A DNA stretch of 64,000 nt from a virus, in IMG/VR virus record IMGVR_UViG_3300009117_000047, positions 19,877 to 83,876 of that record; one strand, 5' to 3'. Positions 9,824 to 19,664 of the stretch are shown here, in pieces. The number at the start of each line of letters is the position of its first letter. The first letter of the stretch is position 1. Made by a program: the position numbers and the translations under genes. The notes under the pieces are model-generated. The model had not been told where the DNA came from and searched no databases. It was given only the letters and a program-made list of their open reading frames with translations.

Positions 9824-10072
9824 TTATTTTTCAATATAAATGCTAAAATCACATTCTGGACATTCAATACTGTACGTATCATTGCCTCCGCAACCACTGT
9901 GATAAAATAGATCTGATTTAGCGTATTCCAGCTTACTACTACATTTAGGGCACTCTACAATAAATTTTCTTTCACTACCCTTTTCTAATACTTTAATCAT
10001 CTTTTCACTCCTAACTTCTGCAATAATTCGTACCAAGTACAATAAATTCCTAACCACAATCTCTGATACCAA
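9824..10072 (-). CDS. zinc-ribbon hypothetical protein (true start probably near 10000)
   Basis: CPKC...CPEC. Confidence 0.55.
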   Translation of the reverse strand: MVSEIVVRNLLYLVRIIAEVRSEKMIKVLEKGSERKFIVECPKCSSKLEYAKSDLFYHSGCGGNDTYSIECPECDFSIYIEK

Positions 10073-10203
10073 TGTAGCTTAATATCATACATTCCTAAAA
10101 ATGCTCGTCTACCCCGTTTATTGTCTAGCCCAACATCAATACTCTGTATGCTAGAACCATTCTTAAATTCAATCTTCATAATACCTCCTGCTATAGAATT
10201 CAA
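9997..10203 (-). CDS. hypothetical protein
   Basis: ORF track; SD suggests start at MKIEF. Confidence 0.55.
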   Translation of the reverse strand: MNSIAGGIMKIEFKNGSSIQSIDVGLDNKRGRRAFLGMYDIKLHWYQRLWLGIYCTWYELLQKLGVKR

Positions 10204-10206
10204 GAT

Positions 10207-10743
10207 TTATCTGCTCAAAATTTCTTCAAGTGTTACTGGTTCATAATCCCACATCATTGTTCCGACATTGTACATTTCACAACGAATACCTTCGCCAATT
10301 AAAAACTGTCTAATTTCTTCCACATAATCATCTTCCCTAGAATTGTGAACGTGGCCATACAGCATAATTGCTCCATGATAATGATGATTATAAAAATGAA
10401 TTGGATAGTGTGACAAAATTAATTTTTTACCATCAACGTTGATTTCAGCATAATCTTTTACTGACTCAAAACAACTTCTAATAGAGCTATTTAGTTTGTC
10501 GTGATTGCCTTTAATTAATTTCTTGATGCCATTTAATTGATTATAAATTTCAACCGTTTTATTATCTTTGTGCCAAGAAATATCGCCTAATATGTAAACA
10601 ACATCCTTAGAATCAACCTTGTTATTCCATCTTTTAATTAACTCTGCGTCCATTTCCTCAATATTTTTAAATGGACGATTATCATATTGAATAATATTTT
10701 TATGTCCAAAATGTAAATCACTTGTAAAATAAATCTTGTTCAT
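10207..10743 (-). CDS. calcineurin-like metallophosphoesterase
   Basis: SDLHFGH, LGD, GNHD, SHYP, GHVH. Confidence 0.9.
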   Translation of the reverse strand: MNKIYFTSDLHFGHKNIIQYDNRPFKNIEEMDAELIKRWNNKVDSKDVVYILGDISWHKDNKTVEIYNQLNGIKKLIKGNHDKLNSSIRSCFESVKDYAEINVDGKKLILSHYPIHFYNHHYHGAIMLYGHVHNSREDDYVEEIRQFLIGEGIRCEMYNVGTMMWDYEPVTLEEILSR

Positions 10744-10771
10744 ATTAGTTTCTCCTTTTAAAATTTCGGTT

Positions 10772-11344
10772 TTATTTGCTCAATCTACCATCATTCCCAA
10801 TAACTCTATAACTCTTTAATACTTCCATTTCTTGTTCATATGTATCACAAGCCAATAACATTGTTTTGATTTCACGAATTGAATCACCGAGTTTCCTTGC
10901 TTTAGCATCTCTTTCTTCTTCTACTGATTTTAGTTGCTCCTTCGTTTCTGGTGTAATATATAATTCTTTATCAATATGAATAGAAAGGTCGTAGCTATCA
11001 TCTATATACAAATCTTTAATGGTTTCATTTGCTTCATTAATACTTTTCATTAATTTAGTTACTCTTTCATCTGCTTCAACCAGTTTATTAATCTTTTCGT
11101 AATATTCATTTTCTACTTCAATGAGTCTTTTCTTAAAACATAAATCAACAATTCCTTTTGTCTTAATCTCTTTCATATTATTATCCTCCTGTGTAATCTT
11201 ACGTGCCATTTCATATAGTTCATCTTCTAACTTTTCCAAGTTGTCATTTTTACATGTTAATTTTATATTTTTAATTTGCAGTGTTAATCTTTTAAATTCA
11301 ATAATTTCTTCAACAGTTTTTGGCTTATATTGATCTTCAAGCAC
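10772..11344 (-). CDS. coiled-coil hypothetical protein (internal SD+ATG at 11176)
   Basis: ORF track; flanked by sites at 10759 and 11361. Confidence 0.65.
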   Translation of the reverse strand: MLEDQYKPKTVEEIIEFKRLTLQIKNIKLTCKNDNLEKLEDELYEMARKITQEDNNMKEIKTKGIVDLCFKKRLIEVENEYYEKINKLVEADERVTKLMKSINEANETIKDLYIDDSYDLSIHIDKELYITPETKEQLKSVEEERDAKARKLGDSIREIKTMLLACDTYEQEMEVLKSYRVIGNDGRLSK

Positions 11345-11381
11345 TATAGTATTCTCCTCTTAAAATAAATGTTTTATCTTG

Positions 11382-12107
11382 TTAAATGTCTTTCCAATGT
11401 TTGTATTTATTTGTATATCCAATACACTTTTTGTAACCATTTTCAATAAACCACTCACGATATTTTTCATTAAATGGTTCAAAATAACACCCATTTTCAG
11501 GACACATTGATTCATTTGTGCAACCACAACATGCATTCAAGTTATCCCCTGCTTCAAAGTAAGTTTTACACCTAACACATACTTCATTGTACCCACTTGG
11601 ATGAATTTCTTCATACTGACTATACTTTTCATCTTTCCATTCTTCTTTATGTAAAATTTGAACAATTTCATCTCTTAACTTTTTATTTTTTAAATACTCA
11701 GCAAATATTTCTTCATATATTTCTTTAGTTGTTTTTGTGTCAATTATTCCTGTTCCATTACAATTTTTACATGTGTTCTCTTTGATTATTGTTTTATTCT
11801 CAACATGAGAAATTTCCTCAATATATCCTTTCCCATTGCATTTAGGACATTCCTCTGACATATCATAAAAATAATAAGAAGGTAAATCGTATTCATGCTT
11901 TAATAATTTCCAGTAATAATCAACCTTCCGTCTCGCCAAAATTAACTCATAAGTTAAGTAATGTTTTTTCTTAACCAAAATTCCTTTACCGTTACATCTC
12001 TCACACTTAGTTGTCTCAATAGTTCTTATTTTATTTTCAATATCATAGTGTGTTTTATCTTTTACACATGTACCTTTGCAATTATCACACGTTACAAGTA
12101 AATCCAT
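11382..12107 (-). CDS. protein with DnaJ-type CxxCxGxG zinc-finger repeats (no J domain)
   Basis: CDNCKGT, CERCNGKG, CPKCNGKG, CKNCNGTG. Confidence 0.65.
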   Translation of the reverse strand: MDLLVTCDNCKGTCVKDKTHYDIENKIRTIETTKCERCNGKGILVKKKHYLTYELILARRKVDYYWKLLKHEYDLPSYYFYDMSEECPKCNGKGYIEEISHVENKTIIKENTCKNCNGTGIIDTKTTKEIYEEIFAEYLKNKKLRDEIVQILHKEEWKDEKYSQYEEIHPSGYNEVCVRCKTYFEAGDNLNACCGCTNESMCPENGCYFEPFNEKYREWFIENGYKKCIGYTNKYKHWKDI

Positions 12108-12135
12108 TTATATTCCTCCACTTAAAATACCTGAT

Positions 12136-12336
12136 TTAACTATAATCTTCTTCCATGAAATCACTGATAAACTCATCTACTTCGTAGTCACATGGAACAA
12201 AGTGTTTTGCACTAACCCATCGCCATTGTCTATTTAGGTATGTTAAAAACTTTGGATAACCATTAGAATCTTGCTCTACAGCATAAATCTTGATTTTAAC
12301 ACCCCAAGGTTCTCTTTTATCGTAAGCTAGAAACAT
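12136..12336 (-). CDS. hypothetical protein
   Basis: ORF track, SD. Confidence 0.65.
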   Translation of the reverse strand: MFLAYDKREPWGVKIKIYAVEQDSNGYPKFLTYLNRQWRWVSAKHFVPCDYEVDEFISDFMEEDYS

Positions 12337-12465
12337 ATGTAATCACTTCCTTTATTTAATTTTCTTCCATTCTAATTTGCCACAGGGACTTAGAAATATT
12401 GCAAAATCTCCGTAAACTGAAACTAATTTACCACATATATTTCCCATTAATTATTTTTCCTTTCA

Positions 12466-12696
12466 TTAAATTGACTTAGACTTTAAAATCTTGTATGGTC
12501 TTGTACCAATAAACAATCCTTGAAAATAACTTACACAATCTGAAATAGAATTTCCTTTATATAAATATGTACATCCAGTCTTTAAATCTTCAATCTCAAC
12601 TTTTACTAACGCAGGTTCGCTTATTGCTAACATTTTAATTAACCCTCTTTCTATAAATATGACCACAATCGCATCTATAAATTTCATACTTTCCAT
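12466..12696 (-). CDS. hypothetical protein
   Basis: ORF track; start uncertain. Confidence 0.45.
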   Translation of the reverse strand: MESMKFIDAIVVIFIERGLIKMLAISEPALVKVEIEDLKTGCTYLYKGNSISDCVSYFQGLFIGTRPYKILKSKSI

Positions 12697-12789
12697 CTGC
12701 CGATTTGGTCATATTATGTATTCTGCAAAAGCACTTTCTACAAACATTATCACTCAATTTAATTTCCTCCATAAAAGTGTGAATTTATC

Positions 12790-13017
12790 TTATTCTATTC
12801 TCCAGTCATAATATTTTTTATCTGTTAAACTTCTTGTAGGGGTATTTATTTTACACAATGGACACTTAATGCTCCAATCGGTTGCTTGCCCTTCAAATGG
12901 AACATCTGCACAATATGTTATGGTTTCATCGTTTACTGTAAAGCTTAAGATAGAGCTACATCCAATACATCTTATTTTAAATATTTTTAACTTATTTTTC
13001 TCTATTATTTTAACCAT
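12790..13017 (-). CDS. zinc-ribbon hypothetical protein
   Basis: CIGC...CPLC. Confidence 0.65.
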   Translation of the reverse strand: MVKIIEKNKLKIFKIRCIGCSSILSFTVNDETITYCADVPFEGQATDWSIKCPLCKINTPTRSLTDKKYYDWRIE

Positions 13018-13040
13018 TTATGTAACGACTTCCTTTGTAG

Positions 13041-13598
13041 TTAATTTTGATTAATAAATCCTACGCTGTAATTATAATGATACTTTAAATTAAATTTCTT
13101 AATTGATAACTCTCCAAATTTTGCGTAATCTGAAAATATAGCATCAAAGAAATTAATCATCTTAGGGTGAATCTTAGCCGTTTTCTTTTTGTTTAACCAG
13201 TATTCAAGGGGCGATGTTTTAGTAAAAGATTTTCCTCCGTAAACCTTACCTGCACCAATATAATCACATACCATTTCTACTGCATATTTATAAGGCATAA
13301 TAATTGGTACTCCACCATCATCTAAATAATCAATCCAATATTCATAATGATGCGGATTATGTCCTTTATGATGTAACCATGCATTACAATATCCCTTTTC
13401 TTCTTTCGCTTGGTCAACTGGTGAGCGTTTACCATTGTAATATTTTGCATACTCGATAAATTCTGATGGGGTATATTTAGATAAATCATGAAATACTCCT
13501 TGTAATGGGATACCTGCTCTACAACATTCTTTAAATACTTCCCATTTATGTTTTGTGATAATGTTAAAATGTTTAACTGACTTATGTAAAATATTCAA
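13041..13598 (-). CDS. DUF5662 family HD-domain protein
   Basis: H...KH...FHDLSKY...WLHHKGHNPHHYEYW...EMVCD. Confidence 0.8.
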   Translation of the reverse strand: MNILHKSVKHFNIITKHKWEVFKECCRAGIPLQGVFHDLSKYTPSEFIEYAKYYNGKRSPVDQAKEEKGYCNAWLHHKGHNPHHYEYWIDYLDDGGVPIIMPYKYAVEMVCDYIGAGKVYGGKSFTKTSPLEYWLNKKKTAKIHPKMINFFDAIFSDYAKFGELSIKKFNLKYHYNYSVGFINQN

Positions 13599-13616
13599 TT
13601 ATTTATCCTCCTAAAT

Positions 13617-13970
13617 TTACTTGTTAAAATCACTCTCATGAAAATCATAGTTAAATCTGGTATGAGAATTCTTATTATGATAAAAATGAACTGTAATTAC
13701 GCTACTTTCGTAGTCCAAGCATTTACCAGTTACAGTTATTTTTGTTTTAAAAATACGATTGATTAATGGCAAATTTACTTTAATCATTTGTTCCAATTTT
13801 TCATTAGGTGTTTTATCAAACAAGACTTTTAATCTCTCATTATACTGTGTTTTATATTCTTTCCTTCCGTAGATTTCATAATAAATTTCTTTTCTCATAC
13901 TACTGTAAAGACTAATTAATTTGTCTTCAAAATCTTGGATAAATCCATTTAATTCACTTAGATTAGCCAT
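13617..13970 (-). CDS. hypothetical protein
   Basis: ORF track, SD. Confidence 0.7.
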   Translation of the reverse strand: MANLSELNGFIQDFEDKLISLYSSMRKEIYYEIYGRKEYKTQYNERLKVLFDKTPNEKLEQMIKVNLPLINRIFKTKITVTGKCLDYESSVITVHFYHNKNSHTRFNYDFHESDFNK

Positions 13971-14003
13971 ATTATTCCTCCTTAAAACTGTTCTTTTATG
14001 TTA

Positions 14004-14420
14004 TTAAAGAATGTTTGAGTTATCATAATCAGATAAATCAATAATTTGTGTTTCACCATCTTTTACTTGTAATATTGCCAAGAAAAGAATCATTTTTTCG
14101 GCTATAATTTCGTTGTAATCTTTTTTCCTTTCATAGAATAATGGTTGTCGGCAAACATAATCTTTCATAAAACATTTCAATTGCTCGGTATTAGAAAAAT
14201 GAATAAGTGTTGGTAAAAGACTAAAGTTAATTACATCAGAAATAGTTATATATTTTTTACAAACACCACATTTTATTTCTTGATATGCAATCAAAGCCTC
14301 TAAATCATTTTTATGTTTGTTCGTATCATAATGTTTCTTACATATCAATAAAACATCTTTCTCATGTGTCTTCATGCTTTCCTCCTTTGCGTCATTTAAG
14401 CCCATTCTTTTATCATACAA
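14004..14420 (-). CDS. hypothetical protein
   Basis: ORF track; start may be internal MKT. Confidence 0.65.
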   Translation of the reverse strand: MYDKRMGLNDAKEESMKTHEKDVLLICKKHYDTNKHKNDLEALIAYQEIKCGVCKKYITISDVINFSLLPTLIHFSNTEQLKCFMKDYVCRQPLFYERKKDYNEIIAEKMILFLAILQVKDGETQIIDLSDYDNSNIL

Positions 14421-14721
14421 TACTTTTCAAGTTTTTAATTTTTTCAAGTAACTCACAAACTTCTTCCTCAGTATCACATTCATAAGTACCATCTTTGTTT
14501 GCTCCAAATTGTTGCAATATGTTCCAATCAAAATATCCATCCCAATTACACGCTGCTACAGAATATCTTAATTTTTGATTTGCCCATGTATTTTTTGTTT
14601 TATCTATAATGCTCGCACACCAGCCATTAGTGAATACGATGCTTGAATCGGTAGTTGTTCTATACTCATTCATACTATTGGTGACTGAAATACCATGCTT
14701 TACAAAATCTTCAATTTTCAT
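14413..14721 (-). CDS. hypothetical protein
   Basis: Start reassigned to ATG 14721, which follows SD AAAGGAGG. Confidence 0.7.
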   Translation of the reverse strand: MKIEDFVKHGISVTNSMNEYRTTTDSSIVFTNGWCASIIDKTKNTWANQKLRYSVAACNWDGYFDWNILQQFGANKDGTYECDTEEEVCELLEKIKNLKSIV

Positions 14722-14761
14722 TATGTAATCCTCCTTTAAAATGCACATTTTAAGTCTAGTT

Positions 14762-15400
14762 TTACCCAATCATTTGCATAATTTCATCATAGAAACAAGT
14801 CCTACCTTTATATGGTACATATGTAACTTCTTTTAATTTCTCTTGGATTTTTTTAATGTCCCAATTATTTGTATGGGCATTTATCATAATGTCTATGTAT
14901 TGCATAGCTTGTTTTATATCCGTATGTATCTGTCTTAATTTTTGCTGTTTTCCATAAATGATTGTTCTTATATGAGCAGGAGGATTATACTTTTCTATAA
15001 TATGTATTAAATCAGATAATCCCAAGTCGTAAAACGATAGAGCTTTGTTTAGAATTTCATTTTTTTCAATTAATTCTTTTTGAGTGTAAGCATATAATCC
15101 CATTATGTTACTAGCTTCGTTTTTAATCTCGTTAACAATTGACATATCGAAACTAATATGTTTGTTCTCCACGATGGTTTTTGCTTCTGACTTATGCTTA
15201 TTAATGTCAAAAACTTCCCCTGTTTCTTTTTCTTCTAAATAATAATTTTTCATTGATTTAGATAGAGAATTGTTTAATATAGCCATTGCTTGTTTGTACG
15301 GAAACACATCTGACAATGCAGCGCAAGACGTTTCTTTGTATTTATATCCTTCTTTTTGGATATATTTATGTCCATTTGTTATGTAATACATTTTACCCAT
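14762..15400 (-). CDS. hypothetical coiled-coil protein, first gene of a sigma-A operon
   Basis: ORF track, SD GAGGAG, upstream promoter. Confidence 0.75.
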   Translation of the reverse strand: MGKMYYITNGHKYIQKEGYKYKETSCAALSDVFPYKQAMAILNNSLSKSMKNYYLEEKETGEVFDINKHKSEAKTIVENKHISFDMSIVNEIKNEASNIMGLYAYTQKELIEKNEILNKALSFYDLGLSDLIHIIEKYNPPAHIRTIIYGKQQKLRQIHTDIKQAMQYIDIMINAHTNNWDIKKIQEKLKEVTYVPYKGRTCFYDEIMQMIG

Positions 15401-15436
15401 TTTATCTCTCCTCTCGTTTTTGTTTGTTAATTACTA

Positions 15437-15484
15437 TGGGTCTTATCGGACTTGAACCAATTTTAACGCTACCTAGCAAAACCC
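15437..15484 (-). ncRNA. tRNA-like minihelix lacking anticodon arm (acceptor stem + mini D-hairpin + canonical T-arm)
   Basis: GGGTTTT/AAGACCC-A acceptor stem; GCTAGGTAGC hairpin; ATTGG-TTCAAGT-CCGAT T-arm; no encoded CCA. Confidence 0.5.
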
Positions 15485-15542
15485 TTGTTTTAAATTAGAG
15501 TTTATAGATTATGGGTTAAGCGGGTTTCAATTGCTTATATAC

Positions 15543-15571
15543 AATATATCACACCACCTAACCCATGTCAA
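15543..15571 (-). promoter_or_regulatory. sigma-A promoter TTGACA-17-TATATT (TGn)
   Basis: Consensus elements at 17 nt; flanked by two copies of the 20-mer motif. Confidence 0.8.
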
Positions 15572-15595
15572 CTGTTTTTAATTAGAGTTTATAAA

Positions 15596-15901
15596 TTATT
15601 TTAATTTAAAACAAACGGCAGATACCTCACATTCATCTGGCATTTCAAATACGTTGTTCTCATATGTAGCAGTTTCATTTTCAGCAATAGTATTTGTATA
15701 TGTCGGTTGCAAATAAGCAGTCTGAATCATATCTAAAACTTTAAGTGCTTGAGTTTGTGTTGAATAGCTACCCATTGTATGTTCAACTAAACTATTCGTA
15801 TAAAATACAATTCTATATTTATCATCTTGTCTACCAACATGTGTCGTTCCCACCGTATCAAAATCAATTAACAATTTTTTATTTTGGCTTCTTACTCGCA
15901 T
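15596..15901 (-). CDS. hypothetical protein
   Basis: ORF track, SD. Confidence 0.7.
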   Translation of the reverse strand: MRVRSQNKKLLIDFDTVGTTHVGRQDDKYRIVFYTNSLVEHTMGSYSTQTQALKVLDMIQTAYLQPTYTNTIAENETATYENNVFEMPDECEVSAVCFKLK

Positions 15902-15912
15902 ATTTTCTCCTT

Positions 15913-16179
15913 TTAGTCTTTAACTGGCGTTAAATAGTAAACGCTGTTTAATGTAATAATTATAATTCTATTTCCATCAAATCTAACATCTTTCATAGCA
16001 CTCGTTCTAAGTGTTCCTTGTTTTTCATTTCCATTAGCATCCTTATAATATTCAAAAAATATCACATTATCAATTCCACAACACATGATGTTTTTAACAA
16101 TACAATTTTTACGAAATGGGTATCTACCATCTAGTCTTTCTTCTCCATCTCTATCCGTAATTAGGTCTATTTTGTACAT
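15913..16179 (-). CDS. hypothetical protein
   Basis: ORF track, SD. Confidence 0.7.
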   Translation of the reverse strand: MYKIDLITDRDGEERLDGRYPFRKNCIVKNIMCCGIDNVIFFEYYKDANGNEKQGTLRTSAMKDVRFDGNRIIIITLNSVYYLTPVKD

Positions 16180-16411
16180 ATCTTCTCCTTATTTTGGTCA
16201 TAAAATTCCAGTTTTATCTAGTGGTCAATATTTTAATCTTTACCTAATGCCCTATACTTTTTGATAGGTTTTTAGCTCTATTTTGAGTTTAATTATTTGG
16301 GGTGATAAAAATATCATGTAATTTGTCTAAGTCGTAAATAGCGTCAGAAACGTGTGTAATTTCCGTTGTTATTTGCTACTTTTAATTTAATTTTAGTTAT
16401 AATTATTTACT

Positions 16412-16882
16412 TTATCGACTCGTCAACCTGTCACCATAAATTTGTAATTCGTTGTTTTTATCAATGTAAGCAACACTAATGTATGAACTACTCATTCCAC
16501 AACTACAAAATAAATCGTCGTCAACGTAGGTTTTATATCTCAAAACATACTCCTTACGATTATCAAGCATTTCTTTAATTTCTTCTACACACTCAAATAC
16601 TTGACCAGTTTCGTCATATTTAGTTACAATATCATAAATTTGTTCTTCAATATTTTCAGGTTCACTTATTTGAAGAATATTTTTTATCTCATTTATACTC
16701 TTATCTTTTAATTCATCTAAATCAACTGGAAAATATCTTAAGTATCCTTTTGTTTTAAGTTCACGTAAAAGGTTATCAATCTTACCGAAAAAATAACTTT
16801 GTAACTCTGTATCATTTGTTTTATAAAACAGTCTAATTAATTCTTTTAGATCTACCAATTTCATGCCTAAATTAATTGTCAT
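16412..16882 (-). CDS. hypothetical protein
   Basis: ORF track. Confidence 0.65.
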   Translation of the reverse strand: MTINLGMKLVDLKELIRLFYKTNDTELQSYFFGKIDNLLRELKTKGYLRYFPVDLDELKDKSINEIKNILQISEPENIEEQIYDIVTKYDETGQVFECVEEIKEMLDNRKEYVLRYKTYVDDDLFCSCGMSSSYISVAYIDKNNELQIYGDRLTSR

Positions 16883-17070
16883 TATTCATTCTCCGTTTCT
16901 ACTAATTTATTTAATTCTTTTACACAGTCGAAACATAAAGTACAACTGTAAACTTGCGATTTATGTGCAGAAAACCTTACTACCTTTTCATCGTTATATT
17001 TAATCTCTTTTCCACAACCAATACATTTACCATTTCTTGATAGTGTGGTTATTCTAAAATTACTACTCAT
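16882..17070 (-). CDS. small Cys-containing hypothetical protein
   Basis: CIGC...CFDC. Confidence 0.6.
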   Translation of the reverse strand: MSSNFRITTLSRNGKCIGCGKEIKYNDEKVVRFSAHKSQVYSCTLCFDCVKELNKLVETENE

Positions 17071-17078
17071 CTCCTTAT

Positions 17079-19049
17079 TTATTCTCCTTTTAAAATTGTT
17101 AATAATTCTTTCTCTGTGATAATCTTGATTCCTAATTCTTTTGCTTTTTTGTTTTTACCACTGTTAGATGTGTTATCATTATTTACAAGATAACTTGTTT
17201 TATTAGATACTGAACCACTAACTTTGCCACCCAATTCTTCAATTTTTTCTTTCGCTACATCTCTATTTTCAAAATATTCAAGGCTACCCGTAATTACAAA
17301 TGTTAATCCAGTTAAATCTACACTACTTTTTTCTTTTACTTCTGGTTTCTGAAATTCTAAAACTTCTAATAATTCAGGAATATTTTCTTGTTTATATCTA
17401 TTTTCATACCAATCATAAATATTAAAATGTAAAACAGAACCGAATCCATCTAGGTTAGTAAACATATAAAATTTATCTAAAGCTTTCTTAAATTTGTTCC
17501 AATCATAATCAAAATGTTTTGCTAAAATCTTAGATTGTGACCTACCAATTCCTTCAATTCCTAAAGAATACAGAAAATTATCAAGTTTGACTTTTGCACT
17601 ATGCTCTATACTTTTTAATAGTTTTCCGACTGATTTTGACCCGAAACCGTCTAGCTTGACAATTTCATCGCAGTGATTTTTCAAGGCGTAAATATCCTTA
17701 AAATCATGTAAAATATCTAAGGCTATTAGCTTATTCAAAGTTTCTTCTGACAATCCATCAATGTTCATTCCAGCCTTACAAACAAAATTATTCAGCTTTC
17801 CTAAAAGTTTTCCTTTACATTCTGGATTAGCACAATACAAAACTTTTGATACATTATCTTGTTTTACTTTTGTATAGCCACCACAGATGGGACATGTTTC
17901 GGGGATTTCTAATGTATCACTTTTAGTTAAGTTTTCTTTGACTTGAGGAATAATTTGATTAGCTTTATAAACTGTAATTTCATCTCCAATTCCAAGTTTC
18001 AAATCTCTAAGAATACTAATATTATGAAGAGAGGCTCTACTAACTTCTGTCCCATCAATATCGACCGAATCAAATATTGCAACTGGTGTTAAATTCCCTG
18101 TCTTACCCATAGACCATTCTATATCTCTGAGTTTGGTTACAACTTCTTCATCGTAGAATTTAAAAGCTAGCTGTGAACGTAAATGATGTCCAGTAGCCCC
18201 TAATGACTCTCCGTAAGCAATATCATCATACCCAATTACTAATCCATCAATAGGATAATCACAAATCTCTGCTGATAATTTTAATTCTTCTATTATTTTT
18301 TCTAAGTATTCGCTAGAAGAATGTTTTAATATAAATCTATTCGGCACAACATCAAAGCCAAAATAAAGCAATTGATGTAGCTGCTCTGAAAAGCTATTTT
18401 CTTCTAAACCTTTAACACATTTCCAAGCTACAAATTCTATATTTCTGTCTTTAGAAACTTTACTATCAAGTTGGCGTACAGATCCAGCAGCTAAATTTCT
18501 AGGAGTTTTATATTTTTCTTTATCGGGAGGAAGGCTGCTGTTGATATTATTAAAATTTTCGTATGTAATAATTGCTTCCCCATCTACAATAAATTCTCCT
18601 AAATACGGAATTGTTAGTGGAATATTAGAAAATACTTTTGCGTTATGAGTAATATCTTCACCTTCAATACCATTTCCTCTAGTCTCAGCAGAAATTAATC
18701 TACCATCTAAATATTTAAGGGAACAAGTAAGACCATCTAATTTCAACATCAGCAAGCAATCTTTATCGCCTATGAACTTCTCTAAATCTCCAACTGATTT
18801 TGTTTTATCTAATGACAACATGGAATGGTTGTGGGTCACTTTTTCTAATTTACTTTTTACTTCATATCCTACTGTTTGAGTTGGCGAATTACTCATAACA
18901 AAATCGTTTTCTTGTTCTAATCGTTTAAGCTCTGTAAACCAAGTATCATATTGGTAGTCAGTCATAACACTGGTTGAATTATTGTAGTAACTATCTCTTG
19001 CTTTATTTAACAAAGAAGTTAATTCTTTAATTCTTGAAATTTGATCCAT
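17079..19049 (-). CDS. ligA: NAD-dependent DNA ligase
   Basis: KLDG adenylation motif, OB fold, CPIC..C..C Zn finger, HhH repeats, C-terminal BRCT (TFVITGSL...VSGSVS). Confidence 0.95.
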   Translation of the reverse strand: MDQISRIKELTSLLNKARDSYYNNSTSVMTDYQYDTWFTELKRLEQENDFVMSNSPTQTVGYEVKSKLEKVTHNHSMLSLDKTKSVGDLEKFIGDKDCLLMLKLDGLTCSLKYLDGRLISAETRGNGIEGEDITHNAKVFSNIPLTIPYLGEFIVDGEAIITYENFNNINSSLPPDKEKYKTPRNLAAGSVRQLDSKVSKDRNIEFVAWKCVKGLEENSFSEQLHQLLYFGFDVVPNRFILKHSSSEYLEKIIEELKLSAEICDYPIDGLVIGYDDIAYGESLGATGHHLRSQLAFKFYDEEVVTKLRDIEWSMGKTGNLTPVAIFDSVDIDGTEVSRASLHNISILRDLKLGIGDEITVYKANQIIPQVKENLTKSDTLEIPETCPICGGYTKVKQDNVSKVLYCANPECKGKLLGKLNNFVCKAGMNIDGLSEETLNKLIALDILHDFKDIYALKNHCDEIVKLDGFGSKSVGKLLKSIEHSAKVKLDNFLYSLGIEGIGRSQSKILAKHFDYDWNKFKKALDKFYMFTNLDGFGSVLHFNIYDWYENRYKQENIPELLEVLEFQKPEVKEKSSVDLTGLTFVITGSLEYFENRDVAKEKIEELGGKVSGSVSNKTSYLVNNDNTSNSGKNKKAKELGIKIITEKELLTILKGE

Positions 19050-19094
19050 TAAATTCCTCCGTATTTTTTATTGTTAACTAAATTGCCGATTCTT

Positions 19095-19361
19095 TTAATC
19101 CTCTTCAAACGTAGTATCTAGTTCAATATGTTCCATTACCGCTCTCATTTCCATGATTGACATATAATCTCTCATTGACCTAAGTTGCAAGTCATATGTA
19201 CTTCTAGGGCAACTAGGTTCAAAAGTTAATTTGTCGTCATTCCACTCATAAAGCATATTCATAAGTCCGCAAAATCTAATTTTCAACTGGTAATATTCTG
19301 CTTTAAATCTTTCTTTATAGTCAGCACTATTCATCATTGTAACTGTTTCATTTAATTTCAT
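19095..19361 (-). CDS. conserved phage protein (crAss001_48-related type)
   Basis: YKERFKAEYYQLKIR...QL..M..Y pattern recognised by eye. Confidence 0.55.
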   Translation of the reverse strand: MKLNETVTMMNSADYKERFKAEYYQLKIRFCGLMNMLYEWNDDKLTFEPSCPRSTYDLQLRSMRDYMSIMEMRAVMEHIELDTTFEED

Positions 19362-19393
19362 ATTTAAATCCTCCTAATAAAATCTGTATTTAA

Positions 19394-19629
19394 TCACCTA
19401 GTAAGTGTCTTTAAGAACCATTTTTTACAGCTAATACTAATATCAACTAATTCATTATGTTTTTCGTTAATTGAAATAATATTACTGAACACTTCTTGCA
19501 TATCATTTTTAAATGAACAAACATCTTCTTTAACACAGTGCTGCATAAATTCCCTTTTGGGTTACTATTTTTTAAATTAGAAATAGGTATATCATACTCT
19601 GAAGCTACTCCATTTATAATTCTGCTCAT
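19394..19629 (-). pseudogene. frameshifted small Cys-rich gene
   Basis: Restoring one base near 19537 gives ...LCSTCVKEDVCSF...KTLTR* with the stop abutting the site at 19378-19393. Confidence 0.5.
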
Positions 19630-19664
19630 ATAATCCATCCTTTCATATAGTTAAAACATTTCTT

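Noticed and set aside
11382-12107. DnaJ chaperone
   Set aside because: Has CxxCxGxG repeats but no HPD J-domain; left as a Zn-finger protein.
14722-14769. N-terminal extension MGKTRLKMCILKEDYI of ORF 14413-14769
   Set aside because: It runs through junction site 14737 and the true SD; start reassigned to 14721.
15511-15566. Second degenerate tRNA (GGGTTAG/TTAACCC-A stem)
   Set aside because: T-arm does not pair and the promoter -10 lies inside it, so it could not be transcribed whole from this promoter.
16217-16410. Possible gene remnant (…TTEITHVSDAIYDLDKLHDIFITPNN*)
   Set aside because: No start or SD found; cannot be distinguished from random open frame.
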